From Candidatus Omnitrophica bacterium UBA6249 (GTDB taxonomy: Bacteria; Omnitrophota; Gorgyraeia; Gygaellales; Profunditerraquicolaceae), in assembly GCA_002441305.1 (NCBI GenBank), contig DJVT01000009.1, positions 281,156 to 345,155 on the forward strand: DNA of 64,000 nucleotides, in the 5' to 3' direction. Made by a program: the position numbers and the translations under genes. The notes beneath the pieces are model-generated. The model was not told the DNA's origin and ran no database searches. It worked only from the letters and a program-made list of their open reading frames with translations. The stretch's first letter is position 1. Each line of letters starts with the position of its first letter. Positions 12,442-22,459 of this stretch are shown here, piece by piece.

Positions 12442-15076
12442 TCTTTATCTCCTCGAGCTTGAGTATTTGCTCCCGCATGCTTTTAACTTTTTCCTTCTCC
12501 GCTTCTACTACTTCCGCCGGGGCGCGGCTGGTGAAATTCGCGTTGGAGAGCATGGCTTCCTTATTTTTTATTTCGCCGGAAAGCCTGTCTATTTTCACCT
12601 GGGTTTTCTTTATCTGTTCCTCCGCGTTCACCATTCCGCTTAAAGGTATTATAATATGCATATCGTTGAGCGTGCGCGCAAATTCGTTCTTTTGGGGGGA
12701 ATACCCTTCATCCAGCCGCAGGTTACGCGCTTTGGACATGATTTTTATATATTCTGCCAGGGGCAGTATTTCCTTGTTTGTCTGCGCGGAAGAAGCTATT
12801 TTTATTTCGATCAGGCTGTTCGGAGGTATTTCAGTTTCCACGCGCATATTTCTTACGGCGTTGATGATATCGAAAGCGGTCTGCATGCGCCGCTCGTCCT
12901 CTTCGCTGATTATCTGCGGCTGCATGTGCGGCCATTGCCGGTTGGCGATAAGCCCCTCCGCTCCGGGAAGCTTCTGCCAGATCTCTTCCGAGATAAAAGG
13001 CATGAACGGGTGTATGAGGCGCAGGTACTTTTCCAGCACTTTATACATTACCAGCTGAGTATCCTTGTTTTTTATCCCGGGCTTTATCAGCTCCAGGTAC
13101 CAGTCGCAGTATTCATGCCAGAAAAAAGAATATAACCCGTTCGCGGCTTCGTTGAACCTGTATGCGCAAAGGTCCTCTTCGGTCTTTTTGAGCGTGGAGT
13201 AAAAACGGCTCAGTATCCAGCGGTTTACCGTATCCAGTTTTTCGTTTTTAAAGAACACACAGAGGTCGGCCTTCGCTTTTTCTTCTTCCAGGTTCATGAG
13301 CACGAAACGCGATGCGTTCCAGAGTTTGTTGGCGAAATTGCGCCCTTGCTCGAACCTGTCTTTGGACAAATAGACATCCTGGCCCTGGGCGGTTATGGAA
13401 ATTATACTGAAACGCAGGGCGTCAGCCCCGTATTCGGCGATAACCTTCAACGGGTCAATGACATTCCCCAGCGATTTCGACATTTTCTTTCCGTCGGTAT
13501 CGCGGACGGTGCCGTGGAGGTAAACATCCTTAAAGGGTATCTGTTTCCTGAACTCCAGGCCGGCCATAATCATGCGCGCTACCCAGAAGAAAATTATTTC
13601 CGGGGCGGTGGCCAGGGCATCCGTAGGGTAGAAATATTTCAGGTCGCGGGTTTCTTTCGGCCAGTAAAATGTGGCAAAAGGCCAAAGCCAGCTGGAAAAC
13701 CAGGTGTCCAGGACATCCTGTTCCTGGGTAATTTCGGAAGAGGCGCATTTAGGGCATTTGCCGGGCTTGCTTTTGGATACGATAATGCCTTCTTTCCCCC
13801 TGGAGCGGCAGTTGGCGCAGTAATAAACGGGTATGCGGTGCCCCCACCATATTTGCCTGGAAATGCACCAATCCTGGATATTCTCCATCCAGGAAAGGTA
13901 TACCTTTGTCCAGCGCTGCGGGTAAAATTTGATCTTTCCGTTCTTGACCGCTTTTATCGCGGGCCTGGCGAGAGGCTTCATCTTTACAAACCATTGCTTG
14001 GAAAGGTATGGTTCTACTATTGTCTTGCAGCGGTAACAGTGGCCAACGGAAAGTTTATGTTCCTGGATTTTTTCCAGGAGCCCGGCCTCCTTAAGGCTTT
14101 CGACCACCGCCTCCCTGGCCTTGAAACGGTCCATCCCGGAGAATTTGCCCGCCGCAGAGTTCATTCTGCCGTCCGGGGTCATCACGTTGATGAATTCCAG
14201 GTTATGTTTCTTGCCCATACGGTAATCGTTGGGGTCGTGGGCCGGGGTAACCTTTACCGCGCCGGTGCCGAACTGCATATCCACGAGATTATCCGCGATG
14301 ATCTTTATCTCCCGGTTCGCCAGCGGGAGAATAAGGGTTTTGCCTATATAAGGCTTGTAACGTTCGTCTTTGGGGTTTACTGCTACCGCGCTGTCTCCGA
14401 GCATAGTTTCCGGACGGGTGGTAGCCACTTGTATGAATTTCTCAGGGTGGTCCTTGAAAGGGTATTTGAAATAATACAGGTTTCCGTCCATCTCTATATG
14501 CACGGATTCTTCGTCGCTTAAGGCGGTTTGGCAGCGCGGGCACCAATTGATTATATACAGCCCCTGGTAAATGAGGTTTTTCTTGAAAAGCCTGACGAAT
14601 GCCTCATTTACGCTGTCCGAATAAGCCTCATCCATGGTGAAGCGGGTGCGCCTCCAGTCGCAGGAAGCCCCCAGTTTCTTCAATTGCGAAATAATCGTCG
14701 AGTCGTTGCGCTCCTTCCACTCCCAGACCTTTTCGATGAATTTATCCCTTCCCAAATCCTGCCGTTTTAACCCTTCTTTGGCAAGGGACTTTTCCACCAC
14801 ATTCTGGGTGGCGATCCCCGCGTGGTCGGTGCCGGGCATCCATAGGGCGTTAAAGCCCTTCATCCTTTTGTAACGGATAAGAATATCCTGTATGGTATCG
14901 TTGAGGGCATGCCCCATATGCAGCACCCCGGTTACGTTGGGCGGCGGGATCACTATGCAGTAGGCGGGCTTCTGGCCGGAAGCGTCGGCGGAAAAAATCC
15001 CCGCTTCCTCCCAGGCCTTAAACCATTTTTCCTCGGTTTCCCGTGGATTGTACTGTTTGGGCAGGTCTTCAGGCAT
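12428..15076 (-). CDS. valS: Valine--tRNA ligase
   Basis: 882 aa. HMGH (PPPNVTGVLHMGHALN), KMSKS (KMSKSLGN), editing domain, C-terminal coiled coil. Confidence 0.97.
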   Translation of the reverse strand: MPEDLPKQYNPRETEEKWFKAWEEAGIFSADASGQKPAYCIVIPPPNVTGVLHMGHALNDTIQDILIRYKRMKGFNALWMPGTDHAGIATQNVVEKSLAKEGLKRQDLGRDKFIEKVWEWKERNDSTIISQLKKLGASCDWRRTRFTMDEAYSDSVNEAFVRLFKKNLIYQGLYIINWCPRCQTALSDEESVHIEMDGNLYYFKYPFKDHPEKFIQVATTRPETMLGDSAVAVNPKDERYKPYIGKTLILPLANREIKIIADNLVDMQFGTGAVKVTPAHDPNDYRMGKKHNLEFINVMTPDGRMNSAAGKFSGMDRFKAREAVVESLKEAGLLEKIQEHKLSVGHCYRCKTIVEPYLSKQWFVKMKPLARPAIKAVKNGKIKFYPQRWTKVYLSWMENIQDWCISRQIWWGHRIPVYYCANCRSRGKEGIIVSKSKPGKCPKCASSEITQEQDVLDTWFSSWLWPFATFYWPKETRDLKYFYPTDALATAPEIIFFWVARMIMAGLEFRKQIPFKDVYLHGTVRDTDGKKMSKSLGNVIDPLKVIAEYGADALRFSIISITAQGQDVYLSKDRFEQGRNFANKLWNASRFVLMNLEEEKAKADLCVFFKNEKLDTVNRWILSRFYSTLKKTEEDLCAYRFNEAANGLYSFFWHEYCDWYLELIKPGIKNKDTQLVMYKVLEKYLRLIHPFMPFISEEIWQKLPGAEGLIANRQWPHMQPQIISEEDERRMQTAFDIINAVRNMRVETEIPPNSLIEIKIASSAQTNKEILPLAEYIKIMSKARNLRLDEGYSPQKNEFARTLNDMHIIIPLSGMVNAEEQIKKTQVKIDRLSGEIKNKEAMLSNANFTSRAPAEVVEAEKEKVKSMREQILKLEEIKNGLR

Positions 15077-16649
15077 CTTGTTTATCCTTAAGCAGCTTAT
15101 ACTCCACGCTGTCGACCAGGGCCTGCCAGCTTGCCTCGATTATATTTTCGTGTACGCCTATGGTATTCCATACGTCTTTTTCATCCTGCGATTGGATCAG
15201 GACTCTTACTCTGGCGGCGGTTCCTGTTTTTTCGTCAAGTACTCTTACTTTGAAATCAGACAGCTTCATCTTGGCAAGCGCGGGGTAAAAATCCTTCAAT
15301 GCCTTGCGCAGAGCGTTGTCCAGCGCATTGACCGGGCCGTCTCCTTCGGCCGCGGTATGCTCTTTCGCCCCCCCTACCTTCAGCTTGATTACCGCTTCCG
15401 AGGTTATCTTGTTTCCCGAGCGTTTTTCGATTACCACTTTAAACCCTTCAAGCTCGAAAAATTTCTTATATTTTTTCAAGGCCTTCTGCATAAGTATGCG
15501 GAAGGATGCCTCGGCGGCTTCGAACTGGAAACCCTTATGCTCCAGAGACTGCACCAGTTCGAGGATTTTCTTCGTTTGAGGATCCTCTTTATTCAAATCG
15601 TATTTTAAATCCTTTGCCCGCAGGAGTATGCCTGTTTTTCCGCCCAGTTCGGATACCAGGATCCTGCGCCGGTTGCCTACCTTTGCGGGGTTTACGTGCT
15701 CGTAGGAAAGAGGGTTTTTCATTACCGCGTTTATATGCATTCCGCCTTTGTGCGCGAAAGCGGAATCCCCCACAAATGGCTGTTCTTTTTTTACCCGCAT
15801 ATTCCCGATCTCGCTGACAAAATGGGAAAGATGGGTGAGCTGTTTCAGGCTTTCATCGCTGACGCAATCGATCCCCATCTTGATCTTCATATTGGCGATA
15901 ATCGGTATAAGGTCCGCGTTACCGCAGCGTTCCCCGTAGCCGTTAATCGTCCCCTGCACGAGGGTGGCCCCGGATTCTACCGCAGCCAGGGAGTTGGCCA
16001 CCGCTATCCCCGAATCGTTATGACAGTGTATCCCCAGTTCTATCCCGGAAAAAGAATCCATGTTACGGATTTCCGAGATTACCCCGGATATCCTGCTGGT
16101 CAGCGACCCTCCGTTGGTATCGCAGAGGCAGATGCACTTTGCCCCTCCGTTCCGGGCGGCGGAAAGGGTTTTTAAAGCGTAGCCCTTGTTCGCCCAGTAG
16201 GCGTCGAAAAAATGTTCGGCGTCATAGAAGACCAGGAGGCCGTTTTTTACCAGAAAACCGACGGTATCTTCGATCATCGCCAGGTTTTCTTCAAGCGAGG
16301 TCTTCAATACTTCGCGTACATGGAAATCCCATGTTTTTCCGACTATGGTAATAACTTGCGCCCCGGACTTGACAAGCGCTTTAAGATTGGCGTCCTGCCC
16401 TGCCGAGGTGTGCGGACGGCGGGTCATGCTGAAAGCGGCGATACGCGAATTCTTCAGTTTGCTCCCCTTTATCCGGGAAAAGAATTCCCGGTCTTTTGGG
16501 TTGGAGCCCGGCCAGCCGCCTTCTATAAAATGAATGCCTATCTTGTCCAGCTCTTCGGCTATGCTGACTTTATCCCTTACCGAATAAGATATACCTTCGG
16601 CCTGGGAGCCGTCCCTGAGTGTAGTGTCGTATATTTTTACATTTCCCAT
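15069..16649 (-). CDS. cimA: (R)-citramalate synthase / 2-isopropylmalate synthase family
   Basis: VKIYDTTLRDGSQAEG.. HxH TIM-barrel plus LeuA-type C-terminal regulatory domain; about 526 aa, so the short CimA-like form. Track start 16682 is an upstream alternative; the ATG at 16649 gives the MGNVKIYDTTLRDG N-terminus and abuts the lysC stop. Confidence 0.8.
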   Translation of the reverse strand: MGNVKIYDTTLRDGSQAEGISYSVRDKVSIAEELDKIGIHFIEGGWPGSNPKDREFFSRIKGSKLKNSRIAAFSMTRRPHTSAGQDANLKALVKSGAQVITIVGKTWDFHVREVLKTSLEENLAMIEDTVGFLVKNGLLVFYDAEHFFDAYWANKGYALKTLSAARNGGAKCICLCDTNGGSLTSRISGVISEIRNMDSFSGIELGIHCHNDSGIAVANSLAAVESGATLVQGTINGYGERCGNADLIPIIANMKIKMGIDCVSDESLKQLTHLSHFVSEIGNMRVKKEQPFVGDSAFAHKGGMHINAVMKNPLSYEHVNPAKVGNRRRILVSELGGKTGILLRAKDLKYDLNKEDPQTKKILELVQSLEHKGFQFEAAEASFRILMQKALKKYKKFFELEGFKVVIEKRSGNKITSEAVIKLKVGGAKEHTAAEGDGPVNALDNALRKALKDFYPALAKMKLSDFKVRVLDEKTGTAARVRVLIQSQDEKDVWNTIGVHENIIEASWQALVDSVEYKLLKDKQDA

Positions 16650-16650
16650 A

Positions 16651-17877
16651 TCAACCTCGCTTGGATAATCCGAATTCTTCATGCAGTTTTTTTACCGCCG
16701 TTTCCGCGAATTTTTTCTTTATCACGCACGATATGCTTATATCCGATGTGGAGATCATCTCTATGTTGATCCTGTTATCCGCCAGTATGCCGAACATCTT
16801 GGAGGCAACGCCGTGGTGCGATTTCATTCCCACGCCGACTATAGAGACGCGGGCTATGTCTTCGTCGATCTGGATATTTTCCGAGCCTATTTTTTTGGCC
16901 GCCGCCCCGGCAATCTTCACTGCCTTTGCGCAGTCGTTTTTGGACACGGTAAAAGAAATATCGGTCAGGCGCGTGTGGCTTACGTTTTGCACGATCATAT
17001 CCACGCTTACCCCCGCTACGGCAAGCTCCTGGAAAAGCTTTACCGCCACCCCGGGTTTATCGGGAACCCCGCAAAGCGTAATCTTGGACTGGTTCTTGTT
17101 CAGGGTTATCCCGCTTACTACCACATCTTCCATCATTTTTACCTCCTTGATGATCATCGTCCCGGTTTTCTGGGAAAACGACGAGCGTACGTGCAGCGGA
17201 ACGTTGAATTTCTTGGCGACTTCTATGGAGCGGGCTTGCATGACCTGGGCCCCCAGGGAAGCCATCTCGAGCATTTCATCGTAAGTAATCTCTTTTATCT
17301 TGGCGGCTTTTGGTTCGATACGCGGATCGGTAGTATAAATACCTTCTACGTCCGTGTATATTTCGCAGGAGTCCGCTTCAAGTTCTTTTGCCAGGGCGAC
17401 TGCGGTCAGGTCCGAACCTCCTCTTCCCAGGGTGGTAATGTCCTGGTTTACGGATATCCCCTGGAATCCGGCGACGATAACGATATTCCCCTTTTTCAGC
17501 TCTTCTTCGGTTTTATCCGCGTTTATTTTTATTATCCTGGCCCGGGTGTGGCTTGAATCCGTGATAATGCCTACTTGGGCGCCGGTAAAGGAAATCGCCT
17601 TGCAGCCCAATTTATGCAGGGCCATTGCCAGCAGGGCTACGGATATCTGTTCTCCGGTAGAAAGCAGCATATCCATTTCTCTTTCCGAAGGATCGCTGTT
17701 GATCTTTCCCGCCAGTTCCACCAGCTCGTCGGTAGTATCCCCCAGGGCGGAAACCACCACTACCAGCTTTACCCCCTTTTTATGGTATCCGGCCACTCTC
17801 TGCGCAACCTTTTGAATGCGTTCCACATTGGCCACGGAAGAACCGCCGTATTTCTGGACAATCAATTTATTGCGCAT
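16651..17877 (-). CDS. lysC: Aspartate kinase (with C-terminal ACT domains)
   Basis: MRNKLIVQKYGGSSVANVERIQKVA.. amino-acid kinase fold plus two ACT repeats. The track ORF extends 45 codons upstream; ATG at 17875-17877 gives the canonical N-terminus. Confidence 0.9.
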   Translation of the reverse strand: MRNKLIVQKYGGSSVANVERIQKVAQRVAGYHKKGVKLVVVVSALGDTTDELVELAGKINSDPSEREMDMLLSTGEQISVALLAMALHKLGCKAISFTGAQVGIITDSSHTRARIIKINADKTEEELKKGNIVIVAGFQGISVNQDITTLGRGGSDLTAVALAKELEADSCEIYTDVEGIYTTDPRIEPKAAKIKEITYDEMLEMASLGAQVMQARSIEVAKKFNVPLHVRSSFSQKTGTMIIKEVKMMEDVVVSGITLNKNQSKITLCGVPDKPGVAVKLFQELAVAGVSVDMIVQNVSHTRLTDISFTVSKNDCAKAVKIAGAAAKKIGSENIQIDEDIARVSIVGVGMKSHHGVASKMFGILADNRINIEMISTSDISISCVIKKKFAETAVKKLHEEFGLSKRG

Positions 17878-19087
17878 CGTTTTTCTCCTTGGGTGGAATA
17901 AAATATTCCAGAAGCCTGGCGCCGTTCTTAAAATACAAACCGGATTTTTCAGCCTCTTTTTCGTTATAAGATAAAGCCCCTTTAGCCGGGATATCCTGGC
18001 CGAAAATGGCAAAAGGCACCGGCACCGCAGTATGGGTTTTCAGAGAAACCGGGGTGGCATGATCCGGCAGCACAAGCATGCGGCAGTTGTCTTCTTTCTT
18101 GCAGTAATCAAGGAACCTGCCCACTATTATCTGGTCAAAACGTTCTATGGCGGCAAGTTTTTCCCTTAAATCGCCGTTATGGCTTGCCTCATCTGGAGCC
18201 TCAAGGTGCACGAATACAAAATCATTCTTTTTAAGCGAGTCGATGCCCGCCTCGGCCTTGCCTTCATAGTTTGTATCGTAATACCCCGTGGCTCCGGGTA
18301 CGTTGATTACCTGCAGGCCGAGTATGCGCCCTAATCCTTTAATCAGGTCCACCGCGGAGATTACGCTGCCGGAGAGTCCGAATTTATCCGAGAATTTAGG
18401 CATATTCGGTTTTTTCCCCTGCCCCCACAACCAGATCATGTTTGCCGGGTTTTCTTTCAGGTCAAGGCGTACCGCGTTGATTTCGTGGTTTGCCAATATC
18501 TCGCGGGATTTGCGCATAAGGTCTATAATCTCCTCTGCGTTATCCCCTTTGGGAAGGTTTTCTTCTATGTTTTTCCCCGAGATGTCGTGCGGAGCCTGGC
18601 ATTTAAGGTTTTCCAGTTTTAATTCCGCGCCCCGTTTTATCAAAAGAAGGTGCCGGTAGCTTACTCCCGGGAAGAAGCGTATCCTGTTGCTTCCCAGTTT
18701 ACGGTCGAGAAGCCTGATCAGTTTTTCCGCTTCCTTGGTTTTTATATGGCCCGCGCTGTAATCGATAAGGGTATTTTCCCCCGCGGTAATCAGGTTGCAG
18801 CGGAAAGCGACATCGTCATCCTCGAGCTCTATTCCCAGGTTTGCCGCCTCCAGCGGGGCTCTTCCCGAGTAGTACTCTTTAGGGTCGTATCCGAGTATGG
18901 AAAGGTTGGCTACATCTGAGGCCGGGACCATTTTTTCCGGTATGGTGCTCACCTGCCCGATAGCCCCGTTCTTGGCCATAAAATCCATATTCGGGGTACG
19001 CGCTGCCTCCAAAGGGGTACGCATGCCCAATTCTTCCAGCGGAGAATCCGCCATCCCGTCCCCCACAAGGACAATATATTTTCCCAT
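17867..19087 (-). CDS. Cofactor-independent phosphoglycerate mutase family protein (archaeal apgM type); inferred non-orthologous homoserine kinase
   Basis: 406 aa. MGKYIVLVGDGMADSPLEELGMRTPLEAARTPNMD.. metalloenzyme (alkaline-phosphatase-like) superfamily. Sits between lysC and thrC/hom where thrB is expected; no thrB elsewhere in the window. Confidence 0.8.
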   Translation of the reverse strand: MGKYIVLVGDGMADSPLEELGMRTPLEAARTPNMDFMAKNGAIGQVSTIPEKMVPASDVANLSILGYDPKEYYSGRAPLEAANLGIELEDDDVAFRCNLITAGENTLIDYSAGHIKTKEAEKLIRLLDRKLGSNRIRFFPGVSYRHLLLIKRGAELKLENLKCQAPHDISGKNIEENLPKGDNAEEIIDLMRKSREILANHEINAVRLDLKENPANMIWLWGQGKKPNMPKFSDKFGLSGSVISAVDLIKGLGRILGLQVINVPGATGYYDTNYEGKAEAGIDSLKKNDFVFVHLEAPDEASHNGDLREKLAAIERFDQIIVGRFLDYCKKEDNCRMLVLPDHATPVSLKTHTAVPVPFAIFGQDIPAKGALSYNEKEAEKSGLYFKNGARLLEYFIPPKEKNDAQ

Positions 19088-19088
19088 T

Positions 19089-19742
19089 TTAATTTCCGTT
19101 CCTAGATGCGAGCATTCTCATGACTGCCCGGACAAGGCTTCCGGCCATCGAATCCTTATCCAGAAATGGGCCTTCCTTCCTGGCGCCGTCGAGTATGTAT
19201 GCCTTATATTTTTTCTTATTTGAATTTGCTACTACTATGTCCAATCCCGCCTTTTTCATCAGGATCTCGCCTTCTCTTACCAGTTTTTTCCCGGTTAAGT
19301 CCGGTTCGAATTTAAAACCAACCGCGAGCGGGTTACCGGGGTAACGCTTCAGCCCGTTTATCAACTTTTTTGTCGGCAAAAGCTCTATCTTCCAGCTCTT
19401 CAGGCCTGAACTGGTTTTACCCTGCACTTTCTTTTTAGGCTTGTAGTCTGATACGGCCGCACTGTGTATCACCGCTGAGTATACGCCTTTAGAAAGCTCC
19501 TTGTGCAGAAGTTTTTCGATTTCGGAAAAATAGCGGAAACGGATTATCCTGACCCCCGGGTATCCGGAAGGTACCGGGCCTGTCGGGCCCAGGAGCAGCG
19601 TAACCCTGGCCCCGGCCGCGCTCAATTTACCGGCCAGCATTAATCCTGTTTCTCCGGAAGCGAGGTTGCCGATTACCCTGACTTTGTCTATGGGTACCCA
19701 GGTGGGGCCTGCGGTAATCAATATGTTCTTGTCAGTAGCCAA
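19089..19742 (-). CDS. coaB: Phosphopantothenate--cysteine ligase (stand-alone CoaB domain)
   Basis: 217 aa. ILITAGPTWVPIDKVRVIGNLASGETG..VGFKFE matches the DFP/CoaB Rossmann domain (ITAGPTxEPIDPVRxIxNxSSGKMG). Confidence 0.75.
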   Translation of the reverse strand: MATDKNILITAGPTWVPIDKVRVIGNLASGETGLMLAGKLSAAGARVTLLLGPTGPVPSGYPGVRIIRFRYFSEIEKLLHKELSKGVYSAVIHSAAVSDYKPKKKVQGKTSSGLKSWKIELLPTKKLINGLKRYPGNPLAVGFKFEPDLTGKKLVREGEILMKKAGLDIVVANSNKKKYKAYILDGARKEGPFLDKDSMAGSLVRAVMRMLASRNGN

Positions 19743-20802
19743 TTTCTTTCAGCACCGATTTCAAATCCGCACGTATGACCTTGGGAGGCCTTACTGTATT
19801 TATCGCCATCTGCGGGTCCTTCAATCCGTGCCCGGTCAATATGCAGACTATCTTTTTGTTTTTTCCGCGGAAATACCGCTTTTCTGCCAGCTTTAACAAT
19901 CCCGCTATTGAAGCCGCCGATGCCGGTTCGGCGAATACGCCTTCTTTGTAAGCAAGTATTTTGTATGCTTTTATTATTTCCGCATCCGATACCATATCGA
20001 TCAGCCCGCCGGATTCATCGCGCGCATCTACGGCTGACTTCCAGCTCGCCGGATTGCCTATGCGTATCGCCGTAGCAAGGGTCTTTGGGTTCTTTATCGG
20101 CCTGCCCCTGACTATGGGAGCGGAGCCTTTTGCCTGAAAACCCAGCATTACCGGAAGCCTGGCGCACATCCCCGCATATTTATATTCTTTATACCCTTTC
20201 CAGTATGCGGTAATGTTTCCCGCGTTGCCTACCGGCATGACCTGGAAATCCGGGGCATCGCCGAGGTAATCGCATATCTCGAAACTGGCGGTCTTTTGCC
20301 CTTCTATGCGGTAAGGATTAAGCGAATTTACCAGCTTTACCGGGTATTTGGCGGTAATCTCCCTGGCCAGATCAAGGGCGTCATCGAAATTCCCCTTTAC
20401 CGCCAGGACTTTTGCCCCGTGGATAAGCGCCTGGCTTAATTTTCCCAGAGCGATCGCTCCTTCCGGGATAAGCACTACGCATTTTATCCCGGCGCGCGCG
20501 GCATAAGCCGCGCTTGAAGCGGAAGTATTCCCGGTTGAAGCGCACATGACCGCAGTGGCTTTCTCTTCGCAAGCCTTGGATATGGCCAGGGTCATCCCCC
20601 TGTCCTTAAATGATCCCGTGGGATTCAAGCCTTCGTATTTCAGGTATACCTGTGATTTGCCTCCCGCCAGGGAGCTTAAATAAGGAGCGTAAATCAAAGG
20701 GGTATTGCCTTCGTTCAGGGTCACTACGGGTGTATTCCTGCTTACCGGGAGCAATGCCCTGTACCTGTGTATTATTCCTTTATATGCTTTTTCCCGCATC
20801 AA
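19732..20802 (-). CDS. thrC: Threonine synthase
   Basis: 356 aa. PLP lysine motif GSFKDRGMT, GNTSASAAAYAARAGI.. Confidence 0.95.
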   Translation of the reverse strand: MMREKAYKGIIHRYRALLPVSRNTPVVTLNEGNTPLIYAPYLSSLAGGKSQVYLKYEGLNPTGSFKDRGMTLAISKACEEKATAVMCASTGNTSASSAAYAARAGIKCVVLIPEGAIALGKLSQALIHGAKVLAVKGNFDDALDLAREITAKYPVKLVNSLNPYRIEGQKTASFEICDYLGDAPDFQVMPVGNAGNITAYWKGYKEYKYAGMCARLPVMLGFQAKGSAPIVRGRPIKNPKTLATAIRIGNPASWKSAVDARDESGGLIDMVSDAEIIKAYKILAYKEGVFAEPASAASIAGLLKLAEKRYFRGKNKKIVCILTGHGLKDPQMAINTVRPPKVIRADLKSVLKEIGY

Positions 20803-22094
20803 ACCCCCTCGATCCTTATGGCTACCGATTTATCTTTTATCTCCTGCAGCTTATCTATCATTTTCAGGGCCAGGCGCATATTCTTTTCTTTTACCTCGTG
20901 AGTGACCATTACCACGGGGACTACGCGCGACTGCAGCCTTTCTTTTTGCGTCACTGAGGCGATGCTTATGCCGAACTTGGAAAGGATCCCCGATATTTTT
21001 GCCAGCACGCCGGGTTTGTCTACCGCCATTATGCGGATATAATACCTGTTCTCGAATTCGTCGATCTTGCGCAGCCCTTTAATCGAGCTGTCCTCTATGG
21101 AGTTCAAGGTGGGACGGAAAAGCCCGGCTTTGATATCCTGGGTCAAGTCAACTATGTCCGAGACAACCCCTGAAGCTGCGGAAAGCTGTCCCGCCCCGGG
21201 GCCGTAGAACATCAACTCTCCGGCCAGGTCGCTGGTTGCGTAAATCGCGTTAAACACTCCGTCTACGGAAGAAAGAAGATGCTCGCGCGGAAGAAGGGTA
21301 GGGTGCACGCGCACTTCCAGTTCATCCGCTTCCTTCTTTGCTATGGCCAGCAGTTTTATTTCATATCCCAGGTCTTTGGCGTAGGCGATATCCGCGGAAG
21401 ATATCTGCGAGATGCCTTCGATGAAGATGTCCTTTAAGGCGACTATTTTGCCGAAAGCCAGATAAGTAAGCAATGCCAGTTTATGCGCGGAATCGACCCC
21501 TTCTATGTCCAGGGTGGGGTTCTTTTCCGCAAAGCCCTTGTTTTGCGCTGATTTGATCGCCGAAGACAGCGAACAGTTTTCCTTCGACATCTGCGTAAGC
21601 ACATAATTGGAGGTCCCGTTTACAATCCCGAAAACGGAACTGAACTTATTTGCCACCAGGCCTTCTTTTATCGATTTTATGATCGGGATGCCGGCGCCTA
21701 CCGAGGCTTCGAAGTATATATTTTTGCCGCGTTCTGCGGCAACCGCGAAGAGCTCATTGCCGTGTTCGGCAAGCAAAGCCTTGTTGGCGGTTACCACATG
21801 TTTGCCTTTTTTCAAGGCGCCCAGAATAAAATCCCTGGCGGGATCTATCCCGCCGATAAGTTCCACGACTATGTCGATCTGGGGATCATCCAGCACGTCG
21901 TTTACATTGCGGCTAAGGCAGTCTTTATCCAGGCGCACATCCCTCTTGGCGAGAATATCCTTATCGCATATTCTTTTTATGAGTATCTCGATACCTATTT
22001 TCTGGGCGATAAGGGATCTTCTCTGCTGCAGTATTTTTACCACTCCGCAACCAATGTTGCCCAAGCCGATAAGGCCGATATTTATCCTTCTCAT
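20799..22094 (-). CDS. hom: Homoserine dehydrogenase
   Basis: 431 aa. N-terminal NAD(P)-binding GLIGLGNIGCGV, catalytic domain, C-terminal ACT domain. Confidence 0.95.
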   Translation of the reverse strand: MRRINIGLIGLGNIGCGVVKILQQRRSLIAQKIGIEILIKRICDKDILAKRDVRLDKDCLSRNVNDVLDDPQIDIVVELIGGIDPARDFILGALKKGKHVVTANKALLAEHGNELFAVAAERGKNIYFEASVGAGIPIIKSIKEGLVANKFSSVFGIVNGTSNYVLTQMSKENCSLSSAIKSAQNKGFAEKNPTLDIEGVDSAHKLALLTYLAFGKIVALKDIFIEGISQISSADIAYAKDLGYEIKLLAIAKKEADELEVRVHPTLLPREHLLSSVDGVFNAIYATSDLAGELMFYGPGAGQLSAASGVVSDIVDLTQDIKAGLFRPTLNSIEDSSIKGLRKIDEFENRYYIRIMAVDKPGVLAKISGILSKFGISIASVTQKERLQSRVVPVVMVTHEVKEKNMRLALKMIDKLQEIKDKSVAIRIEGV

Positions 22095-22098
22095 GAAA

Positions 22099-22458
22099 TT
22101 ACCCTTTCTTGCTCTTGATGTAGTATCCTACCGTATCCCCGATTACCTTGCGGTGCCTTTCGTCTATGGCCAGGAAGGCCAGGCGCGTATCGTAAATCAT
22201 ATCTTTGGTGATCTCTTTCGACTCGAGGACTTTACCGATGATCATGATTGAGTCCGGGTCGAAAGGCAGGCGGATTTCAAGCGCCAGGTTCGTCCCCGGG
22301 GAAAACAAGCAATTTGTGGTCAAAAGCATCCCCCCGAGGCTGAGATTCTTTGTCTGGGTAATATCGTTATCCCCGTTGTTCTCCATTACCCTGTAGGATA
22401 CGATAAAACGTCCTTCCGCGCGGGGGTTTTTCCTTTTTTCCGGTCCGGAATAAGTCAT
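22099..22458 (-). CDS. PilZ domain protein (single domain)
   Basis: RKNPRAEGRF (RxxxR) ..NLSLGGMLL (D/NxSxGG) c-di-GMP binding signature. Track ORF starts at 22563, but the ATG at 22458 abuts the upstream gene's stop. Confidence 0.6.
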   Translation of the reverse strand: MTYSGPEKRKNPRAEGRFIVSYRVMENNGDNDITQTKNLSLGGMLLTTNCLFSPGTNLALEIRLPFDPDSIMIIGKVLESKEITKDMIYDTRLAFLAIDERHRKVIGDTVGYYIKSKKG

Positions 22459-22459
22459 T

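Noticed and set aside
13346-14521. 391-aa plus-strand ORF
   Set aside because: Lies entirely antisense within valS, whose HMGH/KMSKS motifs are unambiguous. Composition is Arg/Gly/Pro-rich, typical of antisense translation of a coding region.
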